From: an uncultured Nitrospiraceae bacterium
GTDB lineage: Bacteria > Nitrospirota > Thermodesulfovibrionia > Thermodesulfovibrionales > Dissulfurispiraceae
DNA: 64,000 nucleotides
Assembly: GCA_963705105.1 (NCBI GenBank)
Contig: CAVPIW010000005.1
Location: forward strand, 480,001-544,000
Reading direction: 5' to 3'
Shown: in pieces, positions 30,604 through 40,144 of the stretch
Layout of the letters: every line of letters begins with the position of its first letter
Numbering within the stretch: the first letter of the stretch is position 1
Notes under the pieces: model-generated
Told to the model about the DNA's origin: nothing
Database searches by the model: none
What the model saw: only the letters and a program-made list of their open reading frames with translations
Program-made: the position numbers and the translations under genes

Positions 30604-31140
30604 TCAGAAGGGGCCGGCGGACAGGATGAGGAGGAACTCCCCGACCATCGACCTGCGCAGGTCGATGGCTATCTGCATCTGTGCGACAAATTCCCTGTAG
30701 GGTCTTGCCGGGCCTTCGGCCATGTGACGGAGCAGTGCGTCGCAGAAATACCAGGTGCAGCGGAAAGGACGGTCTGTCCGTTTCATCCGGCATCCTGTCG
30801 TCGAGAGGAAGTGGCAGGGATCCGTGTCGGGCAATCCACTGTTATAGAGAGGCGGTTTGAGCCCCCGGGCTGCGACGAAAATCATGTCCCTGTAGTCGTG
30901 ATAGGAGTGCCTGTTGATACAGCAGACACGCAGGCAAAGGGGGCAAACGGCGGACGTGAGCTGATCGACATATGGTTCCATTGCGGTGATTGATTCAGCA
31001 AAATTACGGGCCAGCCTCTTGACGCCGCGGAGCTTTTCGGACTGCACGGAGAAAAATTCATCAAGCTCCCTGACCGCCCTGTCGAAGCGGTCACGGCGGC
31101 GGCCCGTCGGGTCATCATCGAGCAGATATAACAGCTCCAT
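30604..31140 (-). CDS. Cys-cluster protein (YkgJ/CxxCxxxCC-like)
   Basis: CPLCLRVCC, CHFLSTTGC, RPFRCTWYFC. Confidence 0.7.
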   Translation of the reverse strand: MELLYLLDDDPTGRRRDRFDRAVRELDEFFSVQSEKLRGVKRLARNFAESITAMEPYVDQLTSAVCPLCLRVCCINRHSYHDYRDMIFVAARGLKPPLYNSGLPDTDPCHFLSTTGCRMKRTDRPFRCTWYFCDALLRHMAEGPARPYREFVAQMQIAIDLRRSMVGEFLLILSAGPF

Positions 31141-31185
31141 ACGGGTATGGTATAGTAAAGGGTAATTTTGATCAATGGCCGCACC

Positions 31186-31359
31186 ATGAACATGACCTGC
31201 AAGGAATGCTCCGGAGAGCTGAGACTCGTGGCCGGTTGAAAATCGGTCGTGTTTCGCTGCACGTTGTGCAGCAGGATCTTCCAGATCTCGGAGTACCTGG
31301 ACGAAATCGACGAGAGGACATGGGCGATCATAGAGCGTCGCCCCTGCAACCGCGTATAG
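31186..31359 (+). CDS. Dual-CxxC small selenoprotein (in-frame TGA 31237-31239 read as Sec)
   Basis: MNMTCKECSGELRLVAG-U-KSVVFRCTLCSRIFQISEYLDEIDERTWAIIERRPCNRV; SECIS-like hairpin downstream. Confidence 0.78.
31256..31272 (+). promoter_or_regulatory. Putative bacterial SECIS hairpin
   Basis: gctgcac-gtt-gtgcagc; G-starting loop 23 nt after the TGA. Confidence 0.6.
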
Positions 31360-31375
31360 AATGGGAAATATAAAC

Positions 31376-31579
31376 ATTATCGTTGCAATACACTCCCGGG
31401 AAAGGCGGGTGTATGCGCCGAAAACTTTGCTGCGGAGACACCTGTATCAAAACCAAAGATGAACTATACGCCAATGGTCGATGACACAAAGAGTGAAATC
31501 CTGAAACACGAAGCTGACGATGCGTATCGTCGCCTTCAGCAAGGCTTTGAGGCGCTTCGCCCCGCCTTTTCATGCAACA
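31376..31579 (+). repeat. MITE-like family, copy D (full length)
   Basis: attatcgttgcaatacactcccgggaaaggcggg ... gccccgccttttcatgcaac. Confidence 0.87.
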
Positions 31580-31592
31580 GAAAGGTAAACAA

Positions 31593-32189
31593 ATGGAACA
31601 GTATCTGAACAGATTGAGGGACATTTTTCGTGCCATCGACAGTTTTTATGATATGGCGATGAAGCACTATGATTTCAGCTGTGCCGGATGCGATGACAAC
31701 TGCTGCGTCACCAAATTCCAACACCATACCATTGCGGAGGAATATTATCTCCGTGAGGGGATCGAACGCTTGGATGAAAGCAGGAAGGGTGCATTGAGGA
31801 CCAGGGCTGCCGCGGTTGCGGCGAAGCACCTCGCCTCGCCGGAAGACGCGAGGGTCATGTGCCCGTTGAACGAGAACGGACTGTGTGTCCTGTACGAGCA
31901 TCGTCCGATGATCTGCAGGATTCACGGCGTTCCCTTCGAGCTGCACAAGCCCGATATGTCCATCGAATACGGAACGGGCTGTCACCGCTTCCAGGCTGAG
32001 AAGATGCCTCTGAATACAACATATTTCCTGTTCAACAGGACGATCTTTTACAGGGAATTGGCCAAACTGGAGGAGGAGGTGAGAAAATCGCTCTCCTTCG
32101 CGGGACCATACAGAAAGACGACGGCGGAGATGGTCCTCGCCATACTCGGGGAGGACCCGGGAGCTGTGCAATGTCCACCGTCATCATAG
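31593..32189 (+). CDS. YkgJ family cysteine cluster protein
   Basis: CAGCDDNCC, CPLNENGLCVLYEHRPMICRIHG. Confidence 0.85.
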   Translation: MEQYLNRLRDIFRAIDSFYDMAMKHYDFSCAGCDDNCCVTKFQHHTIAEEYYLREGIERLDESRKGALRTRAAAVAAKHLASPEDARVMCPLNENGLCVLYEHRPMICRIHGVPFELHKPDMSIEYGTGCHRFQAEKMPLNTTYFLFNRTIFYRELAKLEEEVRKSLSFAGPYRKTTAEMVLAILGEDPGAVQCPPSS

Positions 32190-32692
32190 ATGGCTACAAT
32201 GTCATCGGCACCGACCACCGCGACGCGGAAAAGGTCCGCGAGGTCTTCGTCAGCCGCCTCATAGCGTACAGGAAGGCAACGGGTCACGACATCACCGTCG
32301 TTTTTGACGCTTACAACAGGGGATCGCTCCGTGAGACCGCAACGGTCCGCGGGGGGGTGAAGGTCATCTTCACGCGCCATGGCGACAGGGCCGATGATGT
32401 CATCAAGAGGATCATCGCCGACAAGAGCAGGGAGCGTATTGTCATCACCTCCGACAGGGACATCGAACACTTCGCTTGGTCGGCAGGCTCGATCCCCGTT
32501 CCCTCGGACCTCTTCTCCGAAATACTGAAGGACCATGGGCGGGACCGTCAGTCCGGACAGGACGGAGGAGGATCCGCAGAGGAAACGCGTGACCCCGATG
32601 AACCTGATTACGCCGGCAGCCGCCCCCGGGGGAATCCTCACAGAACGTCCAGGAGAGAAAAAGCGCTCAGGCGGGCACTGGGCAAATTGTGA
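32171..32692 (+). CDS. NYN domain RNase (YacP/Rae1-like)
   Basis: IIDGYNV, VVFDA, ADDVI, ITSDR. Confidence 0.88.
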   Translation: MSTVIIDGYNVIGTDHRDAEKVREVFVSRLIAYRKATGHDITVVFDAYNRGSLRETATVRGGVKVIFTRHGDRADDVIKRIIADKSRERIVITSDRDIEHFAWSAGSIPVPSDLFSEILKDHGRDRQSGQDGGGSAEETRDPDEPDYAGSRPRGNPHRTSRREKALRRALGKL

Positions 32693-33598
32693 GTGTTCCC
32701 TTTCGTGCAGAGGCATGGCAAACCCTCATACAGGGCTTCCGATGCGATTACCCTCGTCTTTTGCGCTTTTCTCATCGTCCTGACGGCGGCCTACTTCCCT
32801 GAAATCCCCGCGTCAGGACCCCTTCTCCTGATCTACCTTTCACTCATCGTCTTTCAGGTCATTATCGTGCACATCAGTCCGCTCAATTCCTTCCTCTCCT
32901 ACACGAGGGACATCATTTTCCCGGTCATCGCCGTCGTCATCCTCTTCGACAGCCTCGGCCTCATCGTCCATGCCGTCAATCCCCGTGACATCGATTACCT
33001 GCTCATACAGATCGACTACCTCCTGTTCGGCCTCTACCCGACGGTCTACCTGGAAAGGTTCGTCCATCCCGTCCTGACGGACATTCTCCAGATCGCCTAT
33101 TCCACCTATTATTTCCTGCCTGTCACCCTCGGAGTGATGCTGAAGCGCAAGGGCGAGCGGCAGGCCCTCGAGCGGACCCTGTTCACGGTTCTCCTCTGCT
33201 TCTATCTTTCCTACGCGGGCTATCTGCTCTTTCCCGCCTTAGGCCCTCGGTACGCGATGAACCACCTGCACGAGCAGGAATTGGGAGGATTCCTTTTCTC
33301 AGAAACGATCCAGAACATCCTCAACCTTCTGGAGGGAGTGAAGCGCGACGCCTTTCCGAGCGGGCACACGGCGATCGCCCTCGTCGTGCTGTACCTGTCA
33401 TACCGCTACGCGAGGACAGTCTTCCGTATGCTGCTCGTGCCTGTCCTGCTCCTGGTCGTCGCCACCGTCTACTGCAGGTACCATTATGTCATCGATGTCA
33501 TCGCGGGCGTCGTCCTCGCTGTTGTAAGCGTCATTTGCGCTGAAGTATACTATAAATTCGCCGCAGCCGGGAGGACGACGTCCCCGGGCGACCGGTGA
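32693..33598 (+). CDS. PAP2-family membrane phosphatase/phosphotransferase
   Basis: FPALGPR, AFPSGH, YHYVIDVIAG. Confidence 0.88.
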   Translation: MFPFVQRHGKPSYRASDAITLVFCAFLIVLTAAYFPEIPASGPLLLIYLSLIVFQVIIVHISPLNSFLSYTRDIIFPVIAVVILFDSLGLIVHAVNPRDIDYLLIQIDYLLFGLYPTVYLERFVHPVLTDILQIAYSTYYFLPVTLGVMLKRKGERQALERTLFTVLLCFYLSYAGYLLFPALGPRYAMNHLHEQELGGFLFSETIQNILNLLEGVKRDAFPSGHTAIALVVLYLSYRYARTVFRMLLVPVLLLVVATVYCRYHYVIDVIAGVVLAVVSVICAEVYYKFAAAGRTTSPGDR

Positions 33599-33891
33599 AA
33601 GACAGCGGGATGGATATGGACTTTCCCTATGTGAGGGTGAAAGACGGCATCGTCATCGATGTCAAGGTCGACCCGAGGTCGTCGAAAAAGGAGATAGCCG
33701 GTGTGACCGGAGGCCACCTCAAGGTCAGGCTCACGGCGCCGCCCGTCGGGGGAGCGGCCAATGAGCAGCTCATCGAGGTGCTCTCGGACCATTTCGGCAT
33801 ACGCAAGAGCGACGTAATAATCCTGAGGGGAGAAACATCGAGGTATAAAAGGGTGAAACTGGCAGGGGTGAATCCATGCTTCAGAGCATGA
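33595..33891 (+). CDS. DUF167 (YggU) protein
   Basis: VKVDPRS, LTAPPVGGAAN, GETSRYK. Confidence 0.88.
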   Translation: MKDSGMDMDFPYVRVKDGIVIDVKVDPRSSKKEIAGVTGGHLKVRLTAPPVGGAANEQLIEVLSDHFGIRKSDVIILRGETSRYKRVKLAGVNPCFRA

Positions 33892-34724
33892 CTGGGTATG
33901 GCGCTGCAGAGCGTGATTGTTTCAAAGTCGAGGTGCGGTCCCTCAACCACAGGTATCTCGACATTTCGGTGAAAATGCCGTCCGTCCTGCTGGAGCACGA
34001 AATCCCGATACGGAACATGATTAAGGAGAAGTTCACGAGGGGCAAGTTCGATGTCGTCGTCACTCTGACGCAGACGCAGCAGGTCCGTGTCAGGATCAAC
34101 CGGGACATGGCCCGGGAGATATACGGCGCCATTTCGGCACTCCAGAAGGAGTTGAACATACCGGGCCATCTCTCCATGGATTTCATCGTCGCCTTCAAGG
34201 AACTCCTGTTGTCCGAAGAGGCTGCGTACTGCAGGGATACCCTCCTGAACGTGCTCAAGGAGACCCTTGTCCAGGTCGAGGAGATGAGGAGGAAAGAGGG
34301 GGCGCATCTGAGGCGGGAGATGGAAAAGAGCATCGACCGCCTCGAACATATCCATGGTGAGGTCAAGGAATTTGCAAAGGACCTCGGCCCCCGCCATCGG
34401 GAAACACTTCTCCGGAGGATTGCCGAACTGATGGAAAACCACGGCATCGATGAGACGAGGCTTGTCCAGGAGGTGGTCCTCATGGTCCAGAAGAGTGACG
34501 TTTCGGAGGAGATCGCCCGGTTCGCGAGCCATATAGAGCAGAGCAGACACCTCCTGACCTCCGGCGGCGGCGTCGGGCGAAAGTTCGACTTCCTCCTCCA
34601 GGAAATGAACAGGGAGACGAACACCATCGCCGCCAAGGTCGATGATTTCAGGATGATCAGTGCCACGACGGAGCTTAAGACGGAGATTGAAAAGCTCAGG
34701 GAGCAGGCCCAGAACATCCAGTGA
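33876..34724 (+). CDS. yicC: YicC/YloC family endoribonuclease
   Basis: [41 protein letters not shown]. Confidence 0.93.
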   Translation: MLQSMTGYGAAERDCFKVEVRSLNHRYLDISVKMPSVLLEHEIPIRNMIKEKFTRGKFDVVVTLTQTQQVRVRINRDMAREIYGAISALQKELNIPGHLSMDFIVAFKELLLSEEAAYCRDTLLNVLKETLVQVEEMRRKEGAHLRREMEKSIDRLEHIHGEVKEFAKDLGPRHRETLLRRIAELMENHGIDETRLVQEVVLMVQKSDVSEEIARFASHIEQSRHLLTSGGGVGRKFDFLLQEMNRETNTIAAKVDDFRMISATTELKTEIEKLREQAQNIQ

Positions 34725-34746
34725 CGGGTTTGATCGGACAGGACTC

Positions 34747-35022
34747 ATGACCGTAAACAACCTCCTCGTCAACATCGGATTCGGCAATGTCGTCGCCGTT
34801 TCAAGGATCGTCGCCGTCGTCAACCCCGGGTCCGCCCCGGTAAGGAAGATGAGGGAAGAAGCCCGGGACAGGGGAAAAGTCGTCGACGCAACAGAGGGCA
34901 GGAAGACGCGATCCATCCTCATCACCGACAGCGATCACATCATCCTCTCGGCACTGCAGGTGGAGACCCTCGTTCAGAGGATAGCCGGACCGGAAGTGGG
35001 GGATCTCCGTGGCGGCGCCTGA
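34747..35022 (+). CDS. DUF370/RemA family protein
   Basis: [30 protein letters not shown]. Confidence 0.9.
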   Translation: MTVNNLLVNIGFGNVVAVSRIVAVVNPGSAPVRKMREEARDRGKVVDATEGRKTRSILITDSDHIILSALQVETLVQRIAGPEVGDLRGGA

Positions 35023-35635
35023 GACCAGGGGAACGCTATTCGTCGTCTCCGCGCCCTCCGGCGCCGGGAAAACGACGCTCTGCAGGAGGATTTGCGAGCT
35101 TCATCCGGAAATCGGGTTGTCCGTGTCGCACACGACGAGAAATCCCAGGCCGGGAGAGAAGGACGGCGCCGATTACGTCTTCACCGACAGCGCGGCATTC
35201 CGTCATATGATATCGGCCGGTGAGTTCCTCGAGTGGGCCGAGGTGCACGGGAACTTCTACGGCACCCCCCGGAGCGGCATCGACCGGATCACCTCATCCG
35301 GCAGGGACGTCATCCTCGATATCGACGTGCAGGGGGCCCGCCAGATCCGGCAGAACTACGGCAGAAGTACCCTCATTTTCGTCCTCCCGCCTTCGATGGA
35401 AACGCTCAGGAGCCGGCTCTTCATGCGGATGAGCGATTCCGAGTCGGTCATACGGAGAAGACTCGACAAGGCGAGGGAGGAGATCAGGCACTACCGCTTC
35501 TATGATTATGTTATAGTAAATGACATTCTTGATCACGCAGTGAAGACTCTCCAATCGGTCATTCTCGCCGAAAAGGCGCGGCAGGAAAGGATTGATCACA
35601 ACTGGGTGGAAGAGACATTTTTCCGGGAGGATTAG
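35009..35635 (+). CDS. gmk: Guanylate kinase
   Basis: [29 protein letters not shown]. Confidence 0.96.
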   Translation: MAAPETRGTLFVVSAPSGAGKTTLCRRICELHPEIGLSVSHTTRNPRPGEKDGADYVFTDSAAFRHMISAGEFLEWAEVHGNFYGTPRSGIDRITSSGRDVILDIDVQGARQIRQNYGRSTLIFVLPPSMETLRSRLFMRMSDSESVIRRRLDKAREEIRHYRFYDYVIVNDILDHAVKTLQSVILAEKARQERIDHNWVEETFFRED

Positions 35636-35637
35636 GC

Positions 35638-36030
35638 ATGGACATCATTACGCTGCCGATTGAGCATGATAAGGAGAAGATCGAAAGCAAATACAGGCTT
35701 GTTGTCATTGCCGCACAGAGGGCGCGGGAGCTCTCTCTCGGCGCCGAACCGAAACTGCAGTTGAAGACCGGCAAAGTGACGACGACGGCCCTTCTCGAAA
35801 CCATTTCGAACGCCATCGAATTCATAACCGGCGATGAAGCGGCCGTCGCCCGCGAGCAGGCAGAGAAAATGGATTTCAAGAAAATGATCGAAGACAAGAG
35901 AAGGCCCATGGAGGACCTTTCGGACCTCGAGAAAGACCTCAAGGTCTATCTCCATGAGAAAGAGGCGACGGAAAAGGCGCTTGAAGAACTCTTCATCGAG
36001 GGAGAAGACAGGGAAGAGAGTGAGGAATAG
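35638..36030 (+). CDS. rpoZ: RNA polymerase omega subunit with acidic C-terminal extension
   Basis: SKYRLVVIAAQRARELS; gmk-rpoZ-coaBC synteny. Confidence 0.9.
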   Translation: MDIITLPIEHDKEKIESKYRLVVIAAQRARELSLGAEPKLQLKTGKVTTTALLETISNAIEFITGDEAAVAREQAEKMDFKKMIEDKRRPMEDLSDLEKDLKVYLHEKEATEKALEELFIEGEDREESEE

Positions 36031-37214
36031 TGCTTGACCATAAGACTATTCTCCTCGGGGTGACGGGGAGTGTAGCCGCCTACAAGGCGATCGACATCGT
36101 CAAGGGCTTGAAGGAAGAGGGGGCCTCTGTTACCGTTATCATGACAGAGGCCTCGAAACGTTTTATAACACCTCTTTCGCTCGAGCTCGCTTCTGAATTT
36201 CCTGTCCACAGCGACATGTGGGAGCACCCCCTGTCGCACATCCGCCTGCCCTCCTCGGCCGATCTCTTTCTCGTCGCGCCGGCCACGGCGAACACGATCG
36301 GCAAATTTGCCGGGGGCTTGGGTGACGACCTTCTCAGCACCGCCATGCTCGCCTTCCGTGGTCCCGTCGTTGTCGCGCCGGCCATGAACTGGAGGATGTA
36401 TGAAAGCCCCGTTTTTCAGGAAAACCTGCGCCGGCTCCTGTCCGCGGGTGTGAAGACCGTCGGCCCTGAAAGGGGAAGTCTCGCCTGCGGAGAAGAAGGC
36501 ATCGGAAGAATGGCAGAAACGGAAAAGATCGTCGAGGCCGTCCGCCGGGCACTGACGCATCAGGATTTATCGGGCGAGCGCGTCCTCATCACCGCCGGTC
36601 CGACCCGTGAGTATGTCGACCCCATTCGGTTCCTGTCGAACAGGTCCTCAGGGAAAATGGGGTTTGCGTTGGCAAAGGTGGCCCGGAGAAGGGGCGCAGA
36701 GGTGATCCTCATCAGCGGGCCGTCCATTGCCGAGCCCCCCCCGGATGTCCGTCTCGTGAGGGTCGAAACGGCGAAGGAGATGTTCGGCGCCGTCATGGAG
36801 CATCTGGGCGAGGCGACGACAGTCATCATGGCGGCGGCGGTGGCGGACTACACGCCGGTGGTCACAGCGATGGCGAAGCTCGAAAAAACCGATGCGATGA
36901 CCCTGAACCTGACGAAAACCGATGATATTCTCGAGTCCGTCGGCAGGACCGAAGGCAGGCCGTTCACAGTCGGATTTGCCGCAGAGACAGGAGAGAAGAC
37001 CGGCCGGGCGAGGAAGAAACTCGGGCGCAAGCATGCCGACCTGATCGTCTTCAATAACGTCCTGAAGCCCGGGTCGGGTTTCGACGTCGATACGAACGAG
37101 GTCGTGCTGATCGACGCAGGCGGGGAAAAACGTCTCCCCCTGATGTCGAAGGAGCGGACGGCCGGCGCGATTCTGGACAGGGTGCGGGAACTGAAGGGCC
37201 ATGGACAGGAATGA
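36030..37214 (+). CDS. coaBC: Phosphopantothenoylcysteine decarboxylase/synthase
   Basis: GSVAAYK, PAMN, ACGEEGIGR, SNRSSGKMG, AAVAD, GFAAET. Confidence 0.96.
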   Translation: MLDHKTILLGVTGSVAAYKAIDIVKGLKEEGASVTVIMTEASKRFITPLSLELASEFPVHSDMWEHPLSHIRLPSSADLFLVAPATANTIGKFAGGLGDDLLSTAMLAFRGPVVVAPAMNWRMYESPVFQENLRRLLSAGVKTVGPERGSLACGEEGIGRMAETEKIVEAVRRALTHQDLSGERVLITAGPTREYVDPIRFLSNRSSGKMGFALAKVARRRGAEVILISGPSIAEPPPDVRLVRVETAKEMFGAVMEHLGEATTVIMAAAVADYTPVVTAMAKLEKTDAMTLNLTKTDDILESVGRTEGRPFTVGFAAETGEKTGRARKKLGRKHADLIVFNNVLKPGSGFDVDTNEVVLIDAGGEKRLPLMSKERTAGAILDRVRELKGHGQE

Positions 37215-37716
37215 GTATATCGAAAAGCTGAAGGCGCGGCTCAGCGAGAAGCCTGACTCACCCGTCTTCCTTTCTCTCGCGGGGGAATACCGGAATCGCG
37301 GCGACATGTCCGCGGCGATGGAAACCCTCCTGAGCGGCGCCGGCAGGAGGCCCGACATGGTGAATGCCCGCCTGTCCCTTGCCGGGATGTACCTGTCCAA
37401 TGCCATGATCGGGGAGGCGAAGGCCGTGTACAGGGAGATCGTCGAAAGGGACCCCGGGAACATCGCGGCCTGGAGAGGACTCGGCCTGTCCCACATGAAA
37501 CTGGGTAGCGACAGGGAGGCCGCCGATGCCTTCAGGAACGTGCTCGCCCTTGATCCGTTCGATGAACAAGCGCGGAAATATGTCAGCACACCGGCGACGC
37601 CAGGGGAAAAGGAGCGTGTCGTCAATGACCTCAGGCGTTTTTCGGAAGCCCTCAGGCACCGCTTTACCGGCAGGGCCTCGTCGCGGCAGCACCCCGGCGC
37701 GTCCGGACCGGCCTGA
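37201..37716 (+). CDS. Tetratricopeptide repeat protein
   Basis: TPR-like helices (LAGEY, ARLSLA, AWRGLG, LALDP). Confidence 0.8.
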   Translation: MDRNEYIEKLKARLSEKPDSPVFLSLAGEYRNRGDMSAAMETLLSGAGRRPDMVNARLSLAGMYLSNAMIGEAKAVYREIVERDPGNIAAWRGLGLSHMKLGSDREAADAFRNVLALDPFDEQARKYVSTPATPGEKERVVNDLRRFSEALRHRFTGRASSRQHPGASGPA

Positions 37717-37743
37717 TCGGCCGCACTGCCGATGAATCGACCT

Positions 37744-37860
37744 TGTTGTGTCATCGACCCCTGGGTTAAAACACTGCCTTTTGTAACTGCAACGGCATCG
37801 CCGCACCAGGGTTTTCGGCGCATACACCCTGACTTTCCTGAGGGGTACTGCAACGATAGG
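37744..37860 (-). repeat. MITE-like family, copy E (partial, diverged)
   Basis: tgtgtcatcgacc...tcgccgcaccagggttttcggcgcatac...tgcaacgatagg. Confidence 0.75.
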
Positions 37861-37868
37861 GTCAGTCG

Positions 37869-38933
37869 ATGAGCAGAAAAGAGCGTGTCCAGAGGGCTCT
37901 CAGGGCAAAAAAGCTCGACGCATTTCTCGTCACGCACATCAGAAACGTGGGGTACCTCACCGGTTTTCGCGGTTCCTCCGCCTTTGTCTTCGTGACCCGT
38001 GACAGGGGTTTTTTCTTCACCGATTTCAGGTACCGGGAGCAGGCGGAGCAGGAAGTCAGCGAATGGGAAATCGGCATTGAAAAGGGGAAAAGGGTCCAGT
38101 CGATACGCCGCCTCGTCGAAACGCTCGGCGTGAAGAGTATGGGCTTCGAATCGACCGTCGATTACGGGTTCGCGGAACGCCTGAGGGGATTGCCCGTCTC
38201 CCTGTTTGCCCGGCGCGATCTTGTGGAAGCGATGAGGAAGGTCAAAGACGACGACGAGATCGCACAGATACGGACAGCCGTGAGGCGCGCCGAATCGGCC
38301 TTCCTGCAGATCAAGCCGAAGATCAGGGTCGGGGTGACGGAAAGGGAAATAGCCCTGCGACTGGAAGACAGGTTGCGACGGGCGGGATGCGGAACCATCC
38401 CCTTTGAAGTGATCGTTGCTTCGGGAAAAAACTCGTCCATGCCTCACGCGAGACCGACGGACAAAAAGATAGAGGCCGGGGATTTTGTTATAATTGACTG
38501 GGGCGGCGAGTCCGATGGGTACTTCTCGGACATGACCAGAACGCTCCTCATGGATGGGGGTGATTTGTCCTTTTCCCGGAAGATCTATGAGATCGTCAAT
38601 ACGGCCAGGGAAAGGGCTGTCAGATCGGTCCGCGCCGGAGCGAAGTCGCGCGACATCGACAGGGAAGCAAGGGAGTACATCAGGGCGAAGGGCTTCGGCG
38701 AGTTTTTCGGCCACGGTACGGGGCACGGTGTCGGTCTCGACGTCCATGAGGGACCCCGCATTTCGCCCGTCTCGGCCGGGACTGTGTCCGAGGGGATGGT
38801 CTTCACGATCGAACCGGGCATCTACATACCGGGACGGGGTGGTGTCAGGATCGAGGACATGGTGCTTGTCAGGGGCGGGGCTGCCCAGACCCTGACGGGC
38901 CTCGGCAGGGCGCTCGAAATAGTGCGGTCATAA
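37869..38933 (+). CDS. Xaa-Pro aminopeptidase (M24B)
   Basis: TDFRY, PHA, DWG..SDMTRT, HGTGHGVGLDVHE, EPGIY, GVRIED. Confidence 0.93.
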   Translation: MSRKERVQRALRAKKLDAFLVTHIRNVGYLTGFRGSSAFVFVTRDRGFFFTDFRYREQAEQEVSEWEIGIEKGKRVQSIRRLVETLGVKSMGFESTVDYGFAERLRGLPVSLFARRDLVEAMRKVKDDDEIAQIRTAVRRAESAFLQIKPKIRVGVTEREIALRLEDRLRRAGCGTIPFEVIVASGKNSSMPHARPTDKKIEAGDFVIIDWGGESDGYFSDMTRTLLMDGGDLSFSRKIYEIVNTARERAVRSVRAGAKSRDIDREAREYIRAKGFGEFFGHGTGHGVGLDVHEGPRISPVSAGTVSEGMVFTIEPGIYIPGRGGVRIEDMVLVRGGAAQTLTGLGRALEIVRS

Positions 38934-38964
38934 CCCGCTGACGGGATACAGCATGGACCCTGTC

Positions 38965-39023
38965 GTTGCATGAAAAGGCGGGGCGAAGCGCCGCCTTTCC
39001 CGAGGGTGTATGCAATGATAAGG
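38965..39023 (-). repeat. MITE-like family, copy F (minimal: only the two termini joined)
   Basis: gttgcatgaaaaggcggggcgaagcgccgcctttcccgagggtgtatgcaatgataagg. Confidence 0.75.
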
Positions 39024-39053
39024 TAGAGAAAGGACGTTTTCAGGAGGTGTTCA

Positions 39054-39614
39054 GTGATTACGACAGGTGATTTCAGGAGGGGAACGAAGATTGAGTTCAA
39101 GGGCGAACCATACGAGGTCATAGAGTTCCAGCATGTGAAGATGCAGCAGCGGGCCCCTATCGTGAGGACGCGGATCAAGAGCCTGAAGACCGGCAGGGTC
39201 CTCGAAGAGACCTTCTCGGCAGGCGAAAAATTCGAATCGCCCGGTCTCGAGGAAAAGGAGATGCAGTATCTCTATGCCCAGGACGACCTGCATTATTTTA
39301 TGGACACGGAATCGTACGAGCAGATCCCCCTCTCCGCAGAGCAGCTCGGCGACGCCAAAAAATTCATTAAAGAGAACATGAACGTTCGCATACTCTATTA
39401 CAAGGGTCAGCCCATGACCGTTGAGCCGCCCATGTTTGTCGAACTGGCCGTGGCGGAGACGGAGCCGGCCCATAAAGGGGATACGGCGTCAGGGGGAAAC
39501 AAGCCGGCGAAACTCGAAACCGGTGCAGTCGTCAAGGTCCCCTTTCACATTTCCATAGGCGACGTGCTGAAGATCGACACAAGGACATCTGAATACATAG
39601 AGAAGGTGAAATAA
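39054..39614 (+). CDS. efp: Elongation factor P with atypical tip loop
   Basis: MQYLY, FMDTESYEQ, KGDTA, KPAKLETG, VPFHI..GD..KIDT. Confidence 0.95.
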   Translation: MITTGDFRRGTKIEFKGEPYEVIEFQHVKMQQRAPIVRTRIKSLKTGRVLEETFSAGEKFESPGLEEKEMQYLYAQDDLHYFMDTESYEQIPLSAEQLGDAKKFIKENMNVRILYYKGQPMTVEPPMFVELAVAETEPAHKGDTASGGNKPAKLETGAVVKVPFHISIGDVLKIDTRTSEYIEKVK

Positions 39615-39703
39615 CCGATGATGCGCCCCGCCTTGGGAGCAAGTCATCAGGAGCTTTGCACCGCAACGGGGAGACGCGGATGCGGCGGGAAACGGAGGCC
39701 GTC

Positions 39704-40138
39704 ATGGAACTGAACGAATTGAAGGAACTCTTCGCCCTCCTGAAGGACACGGACATCTCGGAGTTCCAGATGGAAAAAGAGGGTGTCAAGATCAAGGTCC
39801 GCCGCGAGAGACTCTTCAGCCATCTCGGCGTTGAAAGACCGGGCTTCTTTGAGAAAATGGGCCTTCCGGAGGGGGAGATCAAACCGGAAGGGAAATTCGT
39901 CACCATCACATCGCCGATCGTCGGCACTTTTTACCGTGCGCCGGCACCCGATGCCGAGCCTTTTGTCGAGATCGGCTCGAGGGTCAAAAAGGGGCAGGTC
40001 CTCTGCGTCATCGAAGCGATGAAGCTTATGAACGAGATCGAGAGCGAAACGGACGGCGTGGTGGAGAGGATCCTCGTTGAAAACGGCCACGCCGTAGAGT
40101 ACGGGGAACCCCTCTTCATACTGGAGCCCCTGGAATAA
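39704..40138 (+). CDS. accB: Biotin carboxyl carrier protein
   Basis: SPIVGTFYRAP, EAMKLMNEI. Confidence 0.95.
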   Translation: MELNELKELFALLKDTDISEFQMEKEGVKIKVRRERLFSHLGVERPGFFEKMGLPEGEIKPEGKFVTITSPIVGTFYRAPAPDAEPFVEIGSRVKKGQVLCVIEAMKLMNEIESETDGVVERILVENGHAVEYGEPLFILEPLE

Positions 40139-40144
40139 CCTGCA

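Noticed and set aside
36648..38747. Long antisense ORFs (also 5057-6511, 21373-22683, 33627-34925, 40373-41668)
   Set aside because: Shadow frames of well-supported genes on the opposite strand in GC-rich DNA
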